A stretch of DNA of 64,000 nt. Origin: Sphyrna mokarran (Eukaryota). A model generated the notes under the pieces. That model was not told where the DNA came from, made no database searches, and saw only the letters and a program-made list of their open reading frames with translations. The stretch lies in assembly GCA_024679065.1 (NCBI GenBank), contig JAGIQG010000007.1, positions 65,968,001-66,032,000 on the forward strand. Direction: 5' to 3'. Positions 63,121 through 64,000 of this stretch are shown piece by piece. Position numbers and translations under genes: made by a program. Within the stretch, counting starts at the first letter, position 1. Each line of letters starts with the position of its first letter.

Positions 63121-64000
63121 GCCAAGGATGACCATATATAATATGGATAATCTGCCGTTTTTTAACCAAATGCTGCTTTGCTCTACATATTTAACCACTG
63201 AAAGGAAGAGGGTATTTGTTTCACTTTGCATAATGCTACTGTTGTGTCTTGTTTTGAGTGGTTTACACAGTTTGAAGAGCAGTTATCATCACCTAAACAG
63301 TTGTTTACAGGAAATTGCACTCACCTTGCAACTTGATTTTTTTTTCATTTGCAACTTTTTTCACGTCAGTGCAAATGAAACTTCAGTTTATGTTGGAACT
63401 GTTTACCTAAGAGTTGTTTTGTTCAAGCATTAATTCATACAAAATAGTTGCATGTAAATTTTGCAAGTCAAGCTAAGTGATTCTGAGGGAGCAAGAACTT
63501 TCCAGTTTTGAATTAGTTATTGTATTCCATATTTAGGTGTCATTTTAAATTGGATATTAGTTTTTGAAATTCTTCAAACTTCACACTAGCTGCTAGTATA
63601 TTGAATATTACCTTTCAACATGAACTGTTAAGATGTGTCAGGCTGTGAAAGCAGGACTGACTAATAATGAGATCAAACATTTCAGGAAGGAAACATTGAA
63701 CTCTATTACGGGCTGGCGGGGTTGCTTGTGTCGCTGGTGTCTTGCTCCTCCATGTCAGCCATAATGGGGTAAATGGCCTGACAATGGGACTTCCACCCCT
63801 CACTAAAAAGGATACCTTTCTCCTGGGAGCTGCCAGTCAATTCAATTCAATTATTAAATGTTTGGACTGCAGTCAGTCCCAAGAACAAAGCCAAATAGAT
63901 TCCCTAATAAGATAAGTCTGGGTTATTGAATGAGGGTTTGAGCAGCTTATGAAAGAGAGGGTGGAAGTGGTGAATTTCGAAGAGTTAGGAGTGCTATCTT

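Noticed and set aside
23738-64000. CHD7 next exon (expected HSPSEPFLEK... with a Lys-rich tract)
   Set aside because: No matching peptide seen in the ORF track or by eye; it presumably lies beyond the window.
1-64000. Prokaryotic-type systems (CRISPR array, retron, operon)
   Set aside because: No regularly spaced repeat-spacer array; all RT fragments are non-LTR retrotransposon type within a vertebrate intron.

Overview
Eukaryotic, AT-rich, repeat-dense DNA, inferred to come from a cartilaginous fish (shark) from its HE1/V-SINE, Deu-SINE, HER1/CR1 and Penelope repeats. The window lies inside the CHD7 gene (+ strand). It holds the large first coding exon (exon 21902-23737, ATG at 22088, 550 codons, phase-0 GTGAGT donor), with about 22 kb of upstream intron and more than 40 kb of downstream intron; I could not find the next exon. 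The rest is mostly decayed retroelements (CR1, L2, Rex1/Babar, RTE, Tx1, Penelope, several SINEs), one Harbinger-like MITE, and repeat-free islands that may be conserved enhancers. The most unusual object is a young CR1 LINE family (7 copies, 2 diverged subfamilies, one near full length). Its long 3' UTR contains, in order, a polypyrimidine-CAG|GT splice-site motif, a ~120-nt hairpin whose pairing appears to be kept between subfamilies, and a whole captured tRNA-head/V-domain SINE. Other points of interest are a U2-snRNA-headed insertion, an intact minimal hammerhead ribozyme in the intron, a 360-bp locally templated inverted duplication, and inverted LINE copies flanking the CHD7 exon (possible circRNA). 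Repeat boundaries are approximate and family names come from recognition by eye, not from database searches.
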